A stretch of DNA of 43,069 nt from Piedraia hortae CBS 480.64 (GCA_010093745.1 MU005994.1:124001-167069); one strand, 5' to 3'. Numbered from the stretch's first letter, positions 22,978 through 34,637 are shown. Notes: generated from the letters alone by a model not told the origin. Numbers and translations are program-made.

Positions 22978-24140
22978 AGGAAACTCAGGAGGAAAAACCA
23001 GGCACTACGCTCCTGTGGGGTACTACAACCCAACGAACATGTGGCACATAGACAGTAGCCCGCCCTGGACAATGCCATATGAGTAGTGAGTGACCAAATG
23101 ACGTAACACATGCAGAGCGGCGTTGATATGTTGGGTATCAGTGCTCATTAGAGACTTGCCTAAATTTTCCGATATGATAACTATCACTGGGGCAAATGAC
23201 ACAGGCTGGCCACAACATAGCGCCGACCAGTTTCTGATATCTCTTGACCAAGGCTTTCGACGCTTGTCACTCGTCAACTGCGGCCTGGAGACAACGGCTT
23301 GCCGGAAATGGAATGTTGGTAAGCTATAAGCCCTTCAGACAGAATCGTACGATAAGCACTTTAGAAAAAGTGTTCTACCATGTTAGCGTTTCAACCAATC
23401 GCAAATCATGCATCAGCCAAAGTATTGAGACACTGCGATTGCTCGAGGCCGTGGAACACTTGAGTTGATCTGCACACCAGGAGCTTTCTTGCCGTTCAGC
23501 AAGGCTGTAATGTGACAAGTTTAATTTACGAGGGCTTAGTAACCGATGCATAAGTGTGATAACGATCGATGCCTTTGATGTCAGTGAACCCTTTTGCTCT
23601 CCATCTCGACTTGTAGAACTACTGTCATCAACATCGCGCTTTACAGCATCATAGTAATTACTTTTCCTTGGCCGAAAGGGCCGCCAGAGTTCATGCGTGG
23701 TTTATCTCCATTCTATTTAGAATTCACTGCGCAGCTTGCGGCAGCATGATGGCTTTGTTGTTAAGAAGTATGGGTGCCATACATCGGCCTGATAACAAAG
23801 ACTATGCAAAACATCCTGTATAGCAAAATACTCAAAGAGCATAATAAAGAGGACATCGAGGCAATGGAGTATCATTTAAAATTGTTTGAACAAAGAAGCT
23901 ACTTGTATATAAGCTTGCTGCTGAACAGCAGAATGTTACGGCGAGGCTGTGTCTGCGCGGGACGACCCGCGCCGCCTAAGCGCACAGGGAATTAGATACA
24001 CCGACGCGCCCTACTAGTTATTCATATCTACGCTCGCTGTCACGCGCGAATGGACAGCGCTGCTGCACCCCAGGTTTTTCCTCGCAGAGGTTTTTCCTCA
24101 GGGTTATGTCAGATGCGACATGGCGAATGTGCCCGGCTAG
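22978..24140. mobile_element. second degenerate element bounded by inward-facing GAGGAAAAACC-core repeats; right arm homologous to window positions 1-215
   Basis: AGGAAACTCAGGAGGAAAAACCAGG at 22978 (+). The reverse complement of 24062-24103 gives CCCTGAGGAAAAACCTCTGCGAGGAAAAACCTGGGGTGCAGC, whose last 28 nt match positions 2-30 at 26/29. Confidence 0.4.
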
Positions 24141-25045
24141 TGTACGAAGTGACGTCACCGGCCCACCGGTACAGAATCTTCATTCTGACGTCCCCTCATA
24201 GAGATATATAGTCATTCACACTGTCATATCGACACTGGTATTTGACTCATATCCATCTGCACACTCTCACCTATGGAAGCCCAATCGCTACACCTGAGAC
24301 GTGGTCACGTCACATGATAAGACCACGACGGATGCGGTCCGGACCGTGCCGGAATGTGGGGCAGTCGAGGCACTTCACCAACCCCTCACTTTCTCAATAC
24401 AATAAGACAATACAACTCAATGCATGAGCATAATCACAGATACTGTTCTTGTTACTACTCTCCGTGTACGTATTGCACATGATGCTGCGCTAGATCACCA
24501 CCATATTCCATCAGACCAATGTTGTATATCTGTGTATGTTTGTGTGTGTGTGTGCGGTTGTCCCTGCACTGGTCCGTGCTCCGGTGAAATTTCAAGTCGG
24601 CTGTTCACCCCTTTCTCCGAGGGTCTGAACTCTATTCCATCGGGTAAAAATCCCAAGAGAGGTACCTGAATGCCTGGATATATTGGTTTGATATTGCAAA
24701 TGATAATGTGTATTCTGGCCAGAAGAAGATAATCCTTTTGGCGGTAGGGCATTTTGAAGACGAGCGTGTAAATGGGCGATTTCAGATCGAAAACACCCTT
24801 CGTTGCAATTCTACTCGACTTCGGTTCACTGGAGAATCTGAGATGCCTTGGGCACGGGGTCCGCAGCAGATCAACCCCAACACAAATGAGATGATCATTT
24901 TGCGAACCGCAGACTTCACTTCAGAGCCAACTTCGAGTTTTAGCTGGAGACGTGTAAAATTGGACCATAGGTGACATCAAAGTGAAGCACTCTGTCCATC
25001 TTAAATCATGAGCTCAAACCCTCTAATCATAGCCCATCTCAGCAT

Positions 25046-26227
25046 CTAAAATACCACCCTCCTCCCCCTTCCCCCGATCCCCCTCTTCCTCAAACTCGGC
25101 AGAGTCCTCGCCCCGGGTCCAAAATCTGGCTGTCCACCCAGCGTGGCGAAAATATCACCTACATAGTTCTCCGCCTTCACCCCTTCCGCAAAACGTCCCT
25201 CCCATTTCCCCACAATCCCCTCCACAATCTTAATCCCAGCTCTATAAATATTCTCCACACTGGGTCTAAACGCGCCCTGGTCGGCAAAGAGATTATCCTC
25301 CGCAGCCTGACCGGGGTAGGGACGATCGTAATCTGAAGCAGTGCGCATGACGATAATCCTACTGAAATCCAGCTTTCCCGCGCGTGAGGCACGAATTAGG
25401 GCTTCAAGGGAGGCATTATCCTCTTGAGCAGTGGAGCAGTATACCGCTGAGCCGTTTGTGAGGATGCGGGCGAAGTGGGCAAAGGAGTCGGAGAGGACTT
25501 TGCCGCTGTAGTAGACGTCTGAGGTTGCAACGTCGCATTCGTAGACGCCGGGGGCGGAGGCGCCTGCTGAGCCTACATAGTGGGCACGGTAGGATTTTGC
25601 GACGGCGGAGTCGGCGAGGGTAGCTGTGCGTGCGTAGGTGGCCGCGATTCGTTGGAGTGCGGCGTTCAGTTCGAAGACCTCCGTTCCGTAGATGTCTTTG
25701 GGGTAGGTGTAGGGACGGCGTGCGCCAAGAGGGATGTAGCCGCTTCCGTCCGAGGAGTTGAGCTCCTGGGTGCTGAATTCGTATTGTAAGGCGACTTGTA
25801 CGGCATACCGTGCAAAGGTCACGGAGCAGGTAGGTGCGACTTCGGGGTTGATGCCCGCGATGCCGGCGATGAGGAAGTAGGTTGATTGAAGGTCGAAGAG
25901 GGGGGAGAGGACAAGTGCGGAGAGGGAGGATGCGGCGTTGATTTCACCTTCGCCAGTGATGAGTTGACAAATCTGCAGGGATGCTTCACAGTGGATCGAG
26001 GGGAAGAGTGGCGAAAGGCCGGGGAGTGTCACATTGTGGGCTAAAAGATTGAATTCGGGGATCGAGTACCATGCTTCGGCTTCAGGCGCGAACATGGATA
26101 TGATAATTACTTTGGGCGTGATGACCCTACCGGGGTAATGGGTTAAGTTGCCATGGTAGGGAGATGGAGGTGGGTGCGCTTGGCTCAGCGATAGAAGAGC
26201 CAAGAGGCACAGGAAGAAGGGGAGCAT
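25046..26227 (-). CDS. purine nucleoside permease (NUP family), secreted/signal peptide
   Basis: Intronless 393-aa ORF with a signal peptide and the motifs PKVIIISMFAPEAEAW, TGEGEINAASS, YFLIAGIAGINP, FARYAVQVALQYE, YGTEVFELN, TAQEDNA, MRTASDYDRP. Confidence 0.9.
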   Translation of the reverse strand: MLPFFLCLLALLSLSQAHPPPSPYHGNLTHYPGRVITPKVIIISMFAPEAEAWYSIPEFNLLAHNVTLPGLSPLFPSIHCEASLQICQLITGEGEINAASSLSALVLSPLFDLQSTYFLIAGIAGINPEVAPTCSVTFARYAVQVALQYEFSTQELNSSDGSGYIPLGARRPYTYPKDIYGTEVFELNAALQRIAATYARTATLADSAVAKSYRAHYVGSAGASAPGVYECDVATSDVYYSGKVLSDSFAHFARILTNGSAVYCSTAQEDNASLEALIRASRAGKLDFSRIIVMRTASDYDRPYPGQAAEDNLFADQGAFRPSVENIYRAGIKIVEGIVGKWEGRFAEGVKAENYVGDIFATLGGQPDFGPGARTLPSLRKRGIGGRGRRVVF

Positions 26228-26481
26228 CTTTGATGCACCTCAGTGGGGACCTGCCTCTTATTTCCTGTCATGTTCGTTTTTCTTGCTTATCGCTTTTGGA
26301 GGCTGGGAAAACGGGTGGTCTCGGCCCGGAGATTTTCCGAAGTCACAATCATCTGAAGCTGTCAAATATTATACAAAGTCTTCTGGGAACTTGTCAATGT
26401 TCACGGAACCAGTCAACACCGATAGAAAAATATTTAGGCAAACCTGACAGCGTCAAGGGTCATAACACAAACTACTCTCGC

Positions 26482-27197
26482 TTACACCTTCTTCTTGGGA
26501 GTCCCATCACTGACGTGGAACTGATCACCCAATCGCTTGTACTCTGCGCTCAGCCCATCGCTCTGCTTCTTGAGAACCTCAATGTCGCGATCGCGCTTTC
26601 GTAGCTCCTCCCGCAGACGGCTGATTTCTCCCATGTCGCCTGCCTGTTCAAGCTTGCCAATCGTCTTGTCGTTGCCCGAACGCTCACCCCGTAGCTGCTT
26701 CAGTTCAGCCTGCATGCGCAGCTTCTCCAGAACCATGGTATAAGTGCGGTTCAGCACGAGCGACAAGAAGAGGGTGAAGCCGGTGAGGTACATGTTGCGC
26801 TCAGAGTAGAAGCGACGGGCCTGGACTTCAAGACGTTCGGAACCAGCGACAGCACTAAAAATGTTAGGCAGTTGTCAAAGGAGGGGAAGTTACGTACGCC
26901 ATGCCTGCCATGTTCTTAGCCTGCTCAAGCTCCCGGTGCACGCGATAGACGCGGTTCAAGCTATCGACCCATAGAATGGCGATGAAGATGAAGGTAATTT
27001 TCATCGCATATTGGATTTTGGACACGATGGGATTCTCGGCCAAGAAGATGAACAATTTGGACTTCCATCCGAACGGCAGGTCGATAATGAGGAGACCGAA
27101 GAGGAAGATCTCAAAAAAGAGAAGCGCAAAGACCTGACCGTTAACAGCTGTCAACAAACCTGTCAGAGTAACCTACAATGGAGTAGTACAGCGTCAT
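26482..27197 (-). CDS. BAP29/BAP31 (Yet3-like) ER membrane protein; exons 27197-27177, 27133-26898, 26854-26482
   Basis: [24 protein letters not shown]…[20 protein letters not shown]…[29 protein letters not shown], then a coiled coil and C-terminal KKKV (KKxx ER retrieval). Two 43-nt GT..AG introns (27134-27176, 26855-26897). Confidence 0.92.
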
Positions 27198-27329
27198 GGT
27201 TGTTTGAGTGATCGGAAAGGTGCGGTGAAAAGGAGGAGAATGCCAAGTTTGCGTCACAGGCGTCACATACGTCATCGGCGCCCCGCTCCCGTGATACACA
27301 CTAGAAAAAAGTTCGAAACCCGCACAAAC

Positions 27330-29356
27330 ATGGCCGAGGAGAAAAGAGATATTGCCCAGAACAGCGCTGAAGAATCTGCAGCAAAGCGACGCAAAGTAGA
27401 TGCTGAGCCTGGCCGTGTAAAGGGCGTTGCTCCGATCAAAAAAGAGTATTTAACCGATGTTTCCCGTCAACTTGAGGTAGACGATGATGCTGCAGAGGCT
27501 TCAGGACAGACTTCAGGCGGAAGAGGAGGCCCAAAGACGAAGGGAGGGCAGAATCACGGTAGACAGTTTGGTAGTTCCCGCGATGCCATTCAACTGTGCA
27601 AAAGCCGAGCCCATGTTGACGAATTTGCTCCTGCCACTTGCTCCTTCGGCGATAAGTGCAAATTTGAGCACAATGTTAGAAAGTACCTTGAAGAAGGTAA
27701 GAGGGAGGACTTGCAGACCTTTGGTGGCATCTGTCCGACCTTCGAAGCCAGAGGCAAGTGTGGCGGGGGTTGGCGTTGTCGGTTAGTTGGTAGCCACAGC
27801 AAGGAGGCTGAGCACGAAGACGGCCGGAAAGAACTTGTTTTGCTTGGTAAACCAGCAGGGAACGTAAGCGGAAATGGGCTGGAAACAGAAGAAGAAAATG
27901 TCGATGTGGTCAACGTCGTTCCCATGGCTGATAAGATCAAATTGCGCAAAAAGCAGTTTAAAACAACCAAGACTGATGCATATCTGGACTGGATGCACAG
28001 CAGTGAGAAGGAGGATGAGAAAGCTGAGAAACAAGACCATAGAGCCGCCAACGTCGACCCTCCACTCAGGCCATCGGAAAAGCGACGTATCTACTATGGG
28101 CCGGAAACACCAGTCCTCGCCCCCTTGACCACTCAAGGCAATCTGCCCTTTCGCAGACTCTGTGTAGGCCTGGGTGCCCAAGTAACTTGGTCAGAAATGG
28201 CCATGGGTCTTCCGCTGATACAGGGAGAAAAGACCGAATGGGCACTGGCAAAGGCCCATGTATCTGAATTGAGTCCACCCGCCTACTCACCCAAAGAACC
28301 AGTGTGCGAGTATGATCACAGCAAAGACATTCGCTTCGGTGTCCAGATCGCTGCCAACAAACCGTGGCTCGCTCTCAAGACGACCGAAGTGCTCACCGCC
28401 TACTGCCCCCATCTCCGAGCTATTGATCTCAACTGCGGCTGCCCCATCGAATTAGTGTGTCGACAAGGTGCCGGCTCAGCTATGTTGGACACGCCAGGCA
28501 AGTTGGAAAAGACATTGCGTGGGATGAATGCCGTCTCGGGCGAGGTACCAATCACCGTCAAGATTCGCATGGGCACCAAGGACAAGCAACCCACAGCTGA
28601 GAAGCTGTGTCAAAAACTTGTCCAGGGTCCCTCGGGAGTGGCAGCCATAACCCTGCATGGCCGATCAAAACAGCAACGCTACACTCGTAGCGCAGACTGG
28701 GAATACATCGCTCAGTGTGCAAGTCTGGTCAGCAAGTTGAGGGAGCAGCGAGCATCAGCCACCGACACTGCGCACGAGACTGACGAGCGGGACCTCCCCG
28801 CCAGCGGTCTACCGTATTTCTGCGGCAACGGCGACGTCCTCAGCCATGTGGACTACCAGACCCATATCGCCGAGTCTGGGGTTGATACCTGCATGATTGG
28901 CCGTGGGGCGTTGATCAAGCCCTGGATTTTTGAAGAGGTTTCCACAGGTCAATATCTCGACAAGTCAGCCACGGAACGTCTGGGTTACATTGAACAGTTT
29001 GCCCGGAACGGGCTGGAGTACTGGGGCAGCGACGAGGTCGGCGTCGGTACTACAAGGAGGTTTCTCCTGGAATGGCTCAGCTTTAGCTGCAGATACGTTC
29101 CGATTGGACTGCTGGAGTACTTGCCGCCAAAATTTGGCGATCGTCCGCCTGCGTTCAAAGGAAGAAGCGACTTAGAGACCTTGTTGTCCAGCGGAAATTA
29201 CAAAGACTGGATTAAGATCAGGTGAGAAACCCCTTTCCCCTTACCACCGGCAATGCTGACTCTAAAAGTGAAATGTTTCTTGGCCCGGCTCATAAAGACT
29301 TCAAGTTCCAGCCCAAGCACAAGAGCAACTCGTACGAGATGGAGGCTGAGGGGTAG
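27330..29356 (+). CDS. DUS3: tRNA-dihydrouridine(47) synthase; exons 27330-29221, 29269-29356
   Basis: Two CCCH fingers ([28 protein letters not shown]), [66 protein letters not shown] 47-nt intron (29222-29268) yields the ending [25 protein letters not shown]. Confidence 0.95.
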
Positions 29357-29556
29357 GTCCAGGGGCGGACGACAAAAATGGAAGGATCTGCATTTGCCCC
29401 CACTATCCAACGTCTGACAGCTGTCCGGCAAGAGCCGAGACAGGTGTTGGCGTCGAGCAAAGAGCTCTTTACGTCATTCCACAAGCATAAAATGGCAGCG
29501 CTTGAGCCGATTTCTCCATTCCTCTTCTCCAAACACACCATCTACCTCAATCCATC

Positions 29557-29929
29557 ATGATCGGTCCAACCGTTAACACTATCAAGAAGCAGTCGGGTAT
29601 TCCTGAAGCCCCAACGATGCAGTCTGAGCTTGATCGTATGTCAAACTACCACAAGGTCGCTCATGACATTGTGAATAAGATGATTAAACACCCCGAGAAC
29701 ATCACCAAGGAGGTTTGTGTTGATGCAGCTGGCTAGGTATAGACTAATGTCACACCAGGACGCTGCACTTTTGCATTCGCGCGAGGACCGCTTTCTCAAC
29801 TCTATCAAGGAACACGGAACGCTATCGTCGAGAGTTCAGCACCAGGTGGCTATCAATTTGGGCGATGCACGTCCGCACAACGAACTGGAGAAGACGATTC
29901 AGGAGGAAAAGGCAGCGATGAGTCCGTAA
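29557..29929 (+). CDS. small SMP (seed maturation protein/LEA-like) domain protein; exons 29557-29712, 29759-29929
   Basis: Spliced ~108 aa: MIGPTVNTIKKQ…KMIKHPENITKE|DAALLHSREDRFLNSIKEHGTLSSRVQHQVAIN…. ITKEDAxxLxSxExR…GxLSSxVQ resembles fungal SMP-domain repeats. 46-nt intron GTTTGT…CTAAT…CAG. Confidence 0.6.
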
Positions 29930-29947
29930 ATGTAGGATTAATGAACG

Positions 29948-30748
29948 CTAAAATTCTCTCTTAACTTCTTCGCTCCCGTTACGTTTTTGTAGTTCTGCTC
30001 TCATCTCGCTTGCCGTGATTGGCTCATAAGTGGGTCTCAGGTATTTGATCAGGTCTCTCCAGCTGGGCGAATCCGCTATTTCTGGGTCCCAGCCCATTTT
30101 CAGAAACGCGTCTGTCATGAATCTGTCGAGATGGGCCTTTTGCTCTGGAGTGCACTGTTCCCAAGGCCGTCCATCATCATCCTGCGCCTCTGTGAAGATG
30201 GCATGACGATCCTCATTCTCAACCCGCCTTCTCTTCCCCACCACAGATCCCTCTGCAGCCATGACAGCCGGCGGAGCTTGATGCGAATGGTGGGCTGCCT
30301 GCTGAGCGTTTAACATGACTTGGGCAGCTTGCTGCGCGGCGGCCTGAGCATCCAGCCTAGCGCGCGATGCACTGGCATCTCCGACCTCGTCCCCGTCTTC
30401 GCCATTTCCATACAGGATCGCATATCTCGCGCGCGCCATCTCCCTCGCCTCATCGGGCGCACGATCACATTTCATGATATGTTTATACATCCGCTCCCTA
30501 TCGACGCCCGAAAACGAAGACTTGCAATGCGAACACGTCAAGCTCCGTTTCGTCTTGGGCGTCGACCTCTTCCCCGCTGAAGACGGTCCACCTGCCAAAC
30601 CAGGGCCACTAACGCGACGCTTGGGTGTTAGAGGTGGTGGAGGGTAGGGAGAATCGCCTTGAGTACCAGGAACATTCTCCTGTGGATGATGGGGGGTGAT
30701 GGGCGTGGTTATTATGGTAAAATGTTCGTAAATGACGTCTCGAGTCAT
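29948..30748 (-). CDS. BED-type zinc finger protein resembling the N-terminal half of a hAT transposase, without the catalytic domain
   Basis: Intact 266-aa ORF with LTCSHCKSSFSGVDRERMYKHIMKC (CxxC…HxxxC), NLS-like KRRV/KRRR, and C-terminal QKAHLDRFMTDAFLKMGWDPEIADSPSWRDLIKYLRPTYEPIT. The latter resembles the hAT 'PF..V..P.F..L...LRP.Y.P' segment. Confidence 0.65.
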   Translation of the reverse strand: MTRDVIYEHFTIITTPITPHHPQENVPGTQGDSPYPPPPLTPKRRVSGPGLAGGPSSAGKRSTPKTKRSLTCSHCKSSFSGVDRERMYKHIMKCDRAPDEAREMARARYAILYGNGEDGDEVGDASASRARLDAQAAAQQAAQVMLNAQQAAHHSHQAPPAVMAAEGSVVGKRRRVENEDRHAIFTEAQDDDGRPWEQCTPEQKAHLDRFMTDAFLKMGWDPEIADSPSWRDLIKYLRPTYEPITASEMRAELQKRNGSEEVKREF

Positions 30749-30850
30749 TGTTCGAGTGGGGGCGCTGTCGCGAAAGCGAAATTCAAGTTATGGTTTGGTG
30801 CAACTTCCGCTGCCGGCAGGGAGGTGATTGTGAGGTGATTTTGAGGTGGA

Positions 30851-30893
30851 TGTGAAGTGTGAAGTGTGAAGTGTGAGAAGTGAAGTGAGAAGT
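30851..30893. repeat. (TGTGAAG)n-like short tandem repeat in the BED/Sfr1 intergenic region
   Basis: tgtgaagtgtgaagtgtgaagtgtgagaagtgaagtgagaagt, followed by G-runs. Confidence 0.8.
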
Positions 30894-31016
30894 GGGGGGG
30901 GGTGGGGGAGGCGGGGTAGCTTCCGCACCATCCCTATTCGAGACAGCTTCAGGCTTCTGCCAGACGGATGACGTCGTGTCACCGTCCACTCCCACAACTG
31001 TCATTGTGGAGGTGGC

Positions 31017-31490
31017 ATGACGCCGCATAAGCGTAGGAAGCTGAACGTTAACAAACCATTTGTCTCTCCACTGAAATCTTCCCGCCAGCAGAACCTCCCG
31101 CGAAAGGGAGAAATTCCGTATATCCCCAGTATCCATGCGCATACTCGACGACATTACCCCAGCGAACCTCACCATAACGAGCAGCAGCTACAAAAGAAGA
31201 TAACATCCCTAACCCTCTCCGTGCGACGCGCACGCGAAGTTAACAACATCCTAACCGAAGCGCAGCGTCTACTCTCCCAACCCACAGGAGACCTTGAACG
31301 TGCGACCGAGAAATGGAGAACCATCGCGCACGAAGCAGCTGAAACTCTCTTCGAGCCCGCAAAAGAACGGTACCTCTGCGGAAACGTAACTTCACTCCCC
31401 GAGGGTCAAGAATTCACCATGGCAACAATGCTTCATTCTCTCAACATTGAGCCCAAAGTCCTCGGGTTCGATAAAGCGGAAGACGGCTGA
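31017..31490 (+). CDS. SFR1: Swi5-dependent recombination protein Sfr1/Mei5
   Basis: 157 aa: KRRKLNVNKPFVSPLK, a coiled coil, LERATEKWRTIAHEAAETLF, and EFTMATMLHSLNIEPKVLGFD (Mei5/Sfr1 C-terminal signature). Confidence 0.8.
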   Translation: MTPHKRRKLNVNKPFVSPLKSSRQQNLPRKGEIPYIPSIHAHTRRHYPSEPHHNEQQLQKKITSLTLSVRRAREVNNILTEAQRLLSQPTGDLERATEKWRTIAHEAAETLFEPAKERYLCGNVTSLPEGQEFTMATMLHSLNIEPKVLGFDKAEDG

Positions 31491-31762
31491 GACACATTAC
31501 AAACCGTACAAGATACCCAGCAATTCTTCCATCTCCCACCATCCCGGAATTCGACGAAGTAAGAAATCCATATAAACGGATTACAAACACAATACCAGTT
31601 AAACATGCAAATATACAACCACAAATAAACAGCTCCATACAAACATAGAATACAACAATGCTCCCTGCTCTAGACAAAAACAACGACTCGAATGCAAAAG
31701 CAACAGAGTATTTACTTGTTTCCCGCTTTCGACTTCTCTGTACAGAGGTGTAAAAAACGTAA

Positions 31763-34637
31763 TTACAGTTGGCTCCGGTCTTTACCGCGCCGTCTAAAGA
31801 AATCCATTACGCGGCGGGCTCCGCTGGAACTTCCGCCGTGACCTTGGTCGTACGCATTCTCGAACCTCCGTTGCGGGCGGCTCATCTGCAGTCCTGCGCC
31901 GCCGACGCTACCGCTGCCGGGGCTTCCTGCTGCGAGCGACATGCGGTTGTTGTTCACGTTATTGTTGTTGTTGGCAGGGTAGCCGTAGCCGTCGTCTGCG
32001 GTGTATGCCGCTTGCTGCTGCTCGTAAGGGCGGTGGTGTCTTACGTCAGGAGTTGTCTCGCTCTTGCCGTAGTATCTCGACGGGTAGCTGTCAAAGTTCT
32101 GACCCAAGGGGGGGGAGGTGGCCGTAGTATCATTAGGAGATGGGCGGCTGTAACTGTTCGGGAACAAAGGCACAGACATGCCGCGTTCCATGCGGAAGTC
32201 GTCAAAGGTTGGATCGCTGGGGCTTCGCGACCTCAGACCACCGTCCATTTCGCGATTTCGGCCAAAGTCGTCTTGCCGTCCAAAAATGCCCGGGAGCAAG
32301 GAAAAGCGCTTCGAATTGCGGCGGTCGGCGGCGGGCCCTTCGGGTTTCCTCATAAAAGACGAGAAACTAGGTCGTCTCCGACTATCGGTCGAGGGGCGCG
32401 GTGTTGTTTCCTCACCAAGTCTTGCCTGCATGGCATTGTTCATGCTGACCGGCGGGTACCGTCTGTTCTTCCGCTCTTCTGGCACCGACGGCTCGATCTT
32501 CGATCTGCGGCTGTTGCTACGGCCCATCAGTCGATCGCCGATGTTACTTAGAGTTGTAGACCGCTTGTGGCCGCGCGATGAAGGCAAGTTTTGTGTAGGC
32601 GGCGGCTGCAGAGGGCGCGTGTCCTGCTCACCGTCTCCTCCATGTTCGACTTGTGTGGGATTAGATATCATGTAGCCCGAGCCGGATTTGGGCCGCGAGA
32701 AAAAGCCTTGGGCATTTTCTGTAGTGGGAGTAGCAACGACAGGCTGACCATAAGAATTACCACGGGATGGCAATCTGGTGCCGCCCAATGCACCACCAGT
32801 ATTTGGCCTCGAAGCCGTGCCGGGTGCTTGATATCCTTGGCCGCGTTGAGAATGAGTCCTGGTGGGCGGAGACATGGGGTCCTTTTGGGGAACCTGAGGG
32901 CCTTGGCGGTTGCGAGTCTCCGTCTTGCCAGCACGAGGCTGTGGAGGTACATACTCCAGCTGCACAGTCCGCCGCTTGGCATCGCGCTGTTGCTTCCTGG
33001 CCTCGGCTGCAGTTTCTGCCACTTCGGCCGGTGTTTTTGGCGTCGTGACCTGTGGTGAGCGAGTTGATGGCTCTCGAACAGATGCACTCCTGCCCAGTAA
33101 GGGCTTCGGCTCCTGTTTTTGTGACATTCTAGCAGCGTCTGCCTTTGTGCTTCCAATAAAGCCAACGACATGCATGTAATCGCTCAACCAGCTGTGTCGA
33201 GCCACTTCAAACAAGTCCGCCCGTTTTCGAGGATCAGGCACCAAGATGCGCCGGAGCAAGTCTCTGGCATGGGGAGTCACATACTCCGGAAAGCTCAGCG
33301 GAGTTGATACAATGTATTTGTACAAGAGGTTGATGTTATCGCCCTCGGGGTTAGCTGGATCATCATCGAATGGGAGATATCCCGCCAACATTGCATACTG
33401 TTTCCTGTCAGCTCGCCTCCCCAGTTAAGGGTAGAAAAGAACCCACCAGGATAACTCCGCAGCTCCAGACATCGACCTTGCGACCAGTATAGAGGCCGTC
33501 ACTAACGACCAACTCCGGCGCAGCATAACACGGACTGCCACAACTCGTCTGCATCAAGTCTCCCCGACGATGGTTGTCAGGCCCAACAATGTTTAGTCCC
33601 TCACGCTTCACAAACTCCTTGTCGGTGATTCTCCGCTCAACCGACTCCCCAAGTTCATCGTCTGGATTGAAAGTGTTTGCAAAGCCAAAGTCCGTGATGA
33701 TGATGTTCTTGTTCCGGTCCAGCAGAAGATTCTCCAATTTCAGATCACGGTGTACGATGCCCTTTTGGTGTAGATAGCCAACGCCAGAGATCAGCTGGGC
33801 GAACAATTTCCGCGCCTTGTCGTCCCTCAGATAGCGCTGGTTCAAGATGTAGTCAAACAACTCACCGCCAGACGCATATTCCAAGATGATGCCCATGTGT
33901 CGCTCGGTTTCTACAAACTCGTGCAGCCGAACGATGTTGGGGTGCTCCAGATCCCGAAGAATCGAAATTTCGCGGTAGATCTTGGGCAAACGGGTGGCAT
34001 TCCCCGCCAAAGACTCCTTTCGGATGAGTTTAATGGCGACCTGCACGCTGCTGTCCTTCTTCCATCCCATTTTCACCTTGCCAAACTCGCCCTCGCCCAG
34101 CGTCTGACCCAGAATGTATTCTCCAAACTTGACCTCCTTGCGGCCCGATGTGTGGTGGAATTCCTGTCGCGACCGCCGCGGAGGATCTGAAGTCGTTGCA
34201 TCGTGTGTTCGCGGCCTCTCGCTCGGGCCGGGGGCCACGTACGGCCGGGCCTCATATGTCCGCGCCCTTTCGCGTTCCAAATCCGACCGTGGATCGTCCA
34301 CTACTATGTGGTTGATGATGGCCGAGTTCTCGCGCGGCAACAATGTATCTATGGGCGTCTGGCCAACGGCTGTAGCACTGCGGCTCGCTGCTGGGGTGTT
34401 GCGCGACCGATGACTCCGGCTGCTGCTTGGAGGCCCATCGTGTCGGGATGATTGCTGCAGCCGACTGTCGTTCTCGGCCCGCGAATGATGCTGGCGGTGG
34501 TCGGCGTTGTCCTGGTGGTTGGCCACGGTGCGCACCGGTAGGGTCGTGGTGGCCGCGGCAGAATCCGGGAAGAACTGTTGATACGTGGATCCAACCAGCG
34601 CATCGGCCGGCCGCGTTGCTCCACGCGCTGCGCTCAT
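31763..34637 (-). CDS. KIN4: Ser/Thr protein kinase, CAMKL Kin4/Ppk1 subfamily; exons 34637-33447, 33397-31763
   Basis: FGEYILGQTLGEGEFGKVKMG, HRDLKLEN, DFGFANTF, LMQTSCGSPCYAAPELVVSD, YAMLAGYLPFDDDPANPEGDNINLLYKYI, C-terminal ARRVMDFFRRR. 49-nt intron at 33398-33446. Confidence 0.93.

Noticed and set aside
24149..24158. CRE palindrome GTGACGTCAC, with a (TG)n run nearby at ~24530-24552
   Set aside because: No credible downstream gene; single short motifs are uninformative.
27204..27329. N-terminal extension of DUS3 in the ORF track (likewise 17857-18000 and 40208-40282)
   Set aside because: These start at non-ATG codons or overlap promoter regions; downstream ATGs with good context fit the protein families better.
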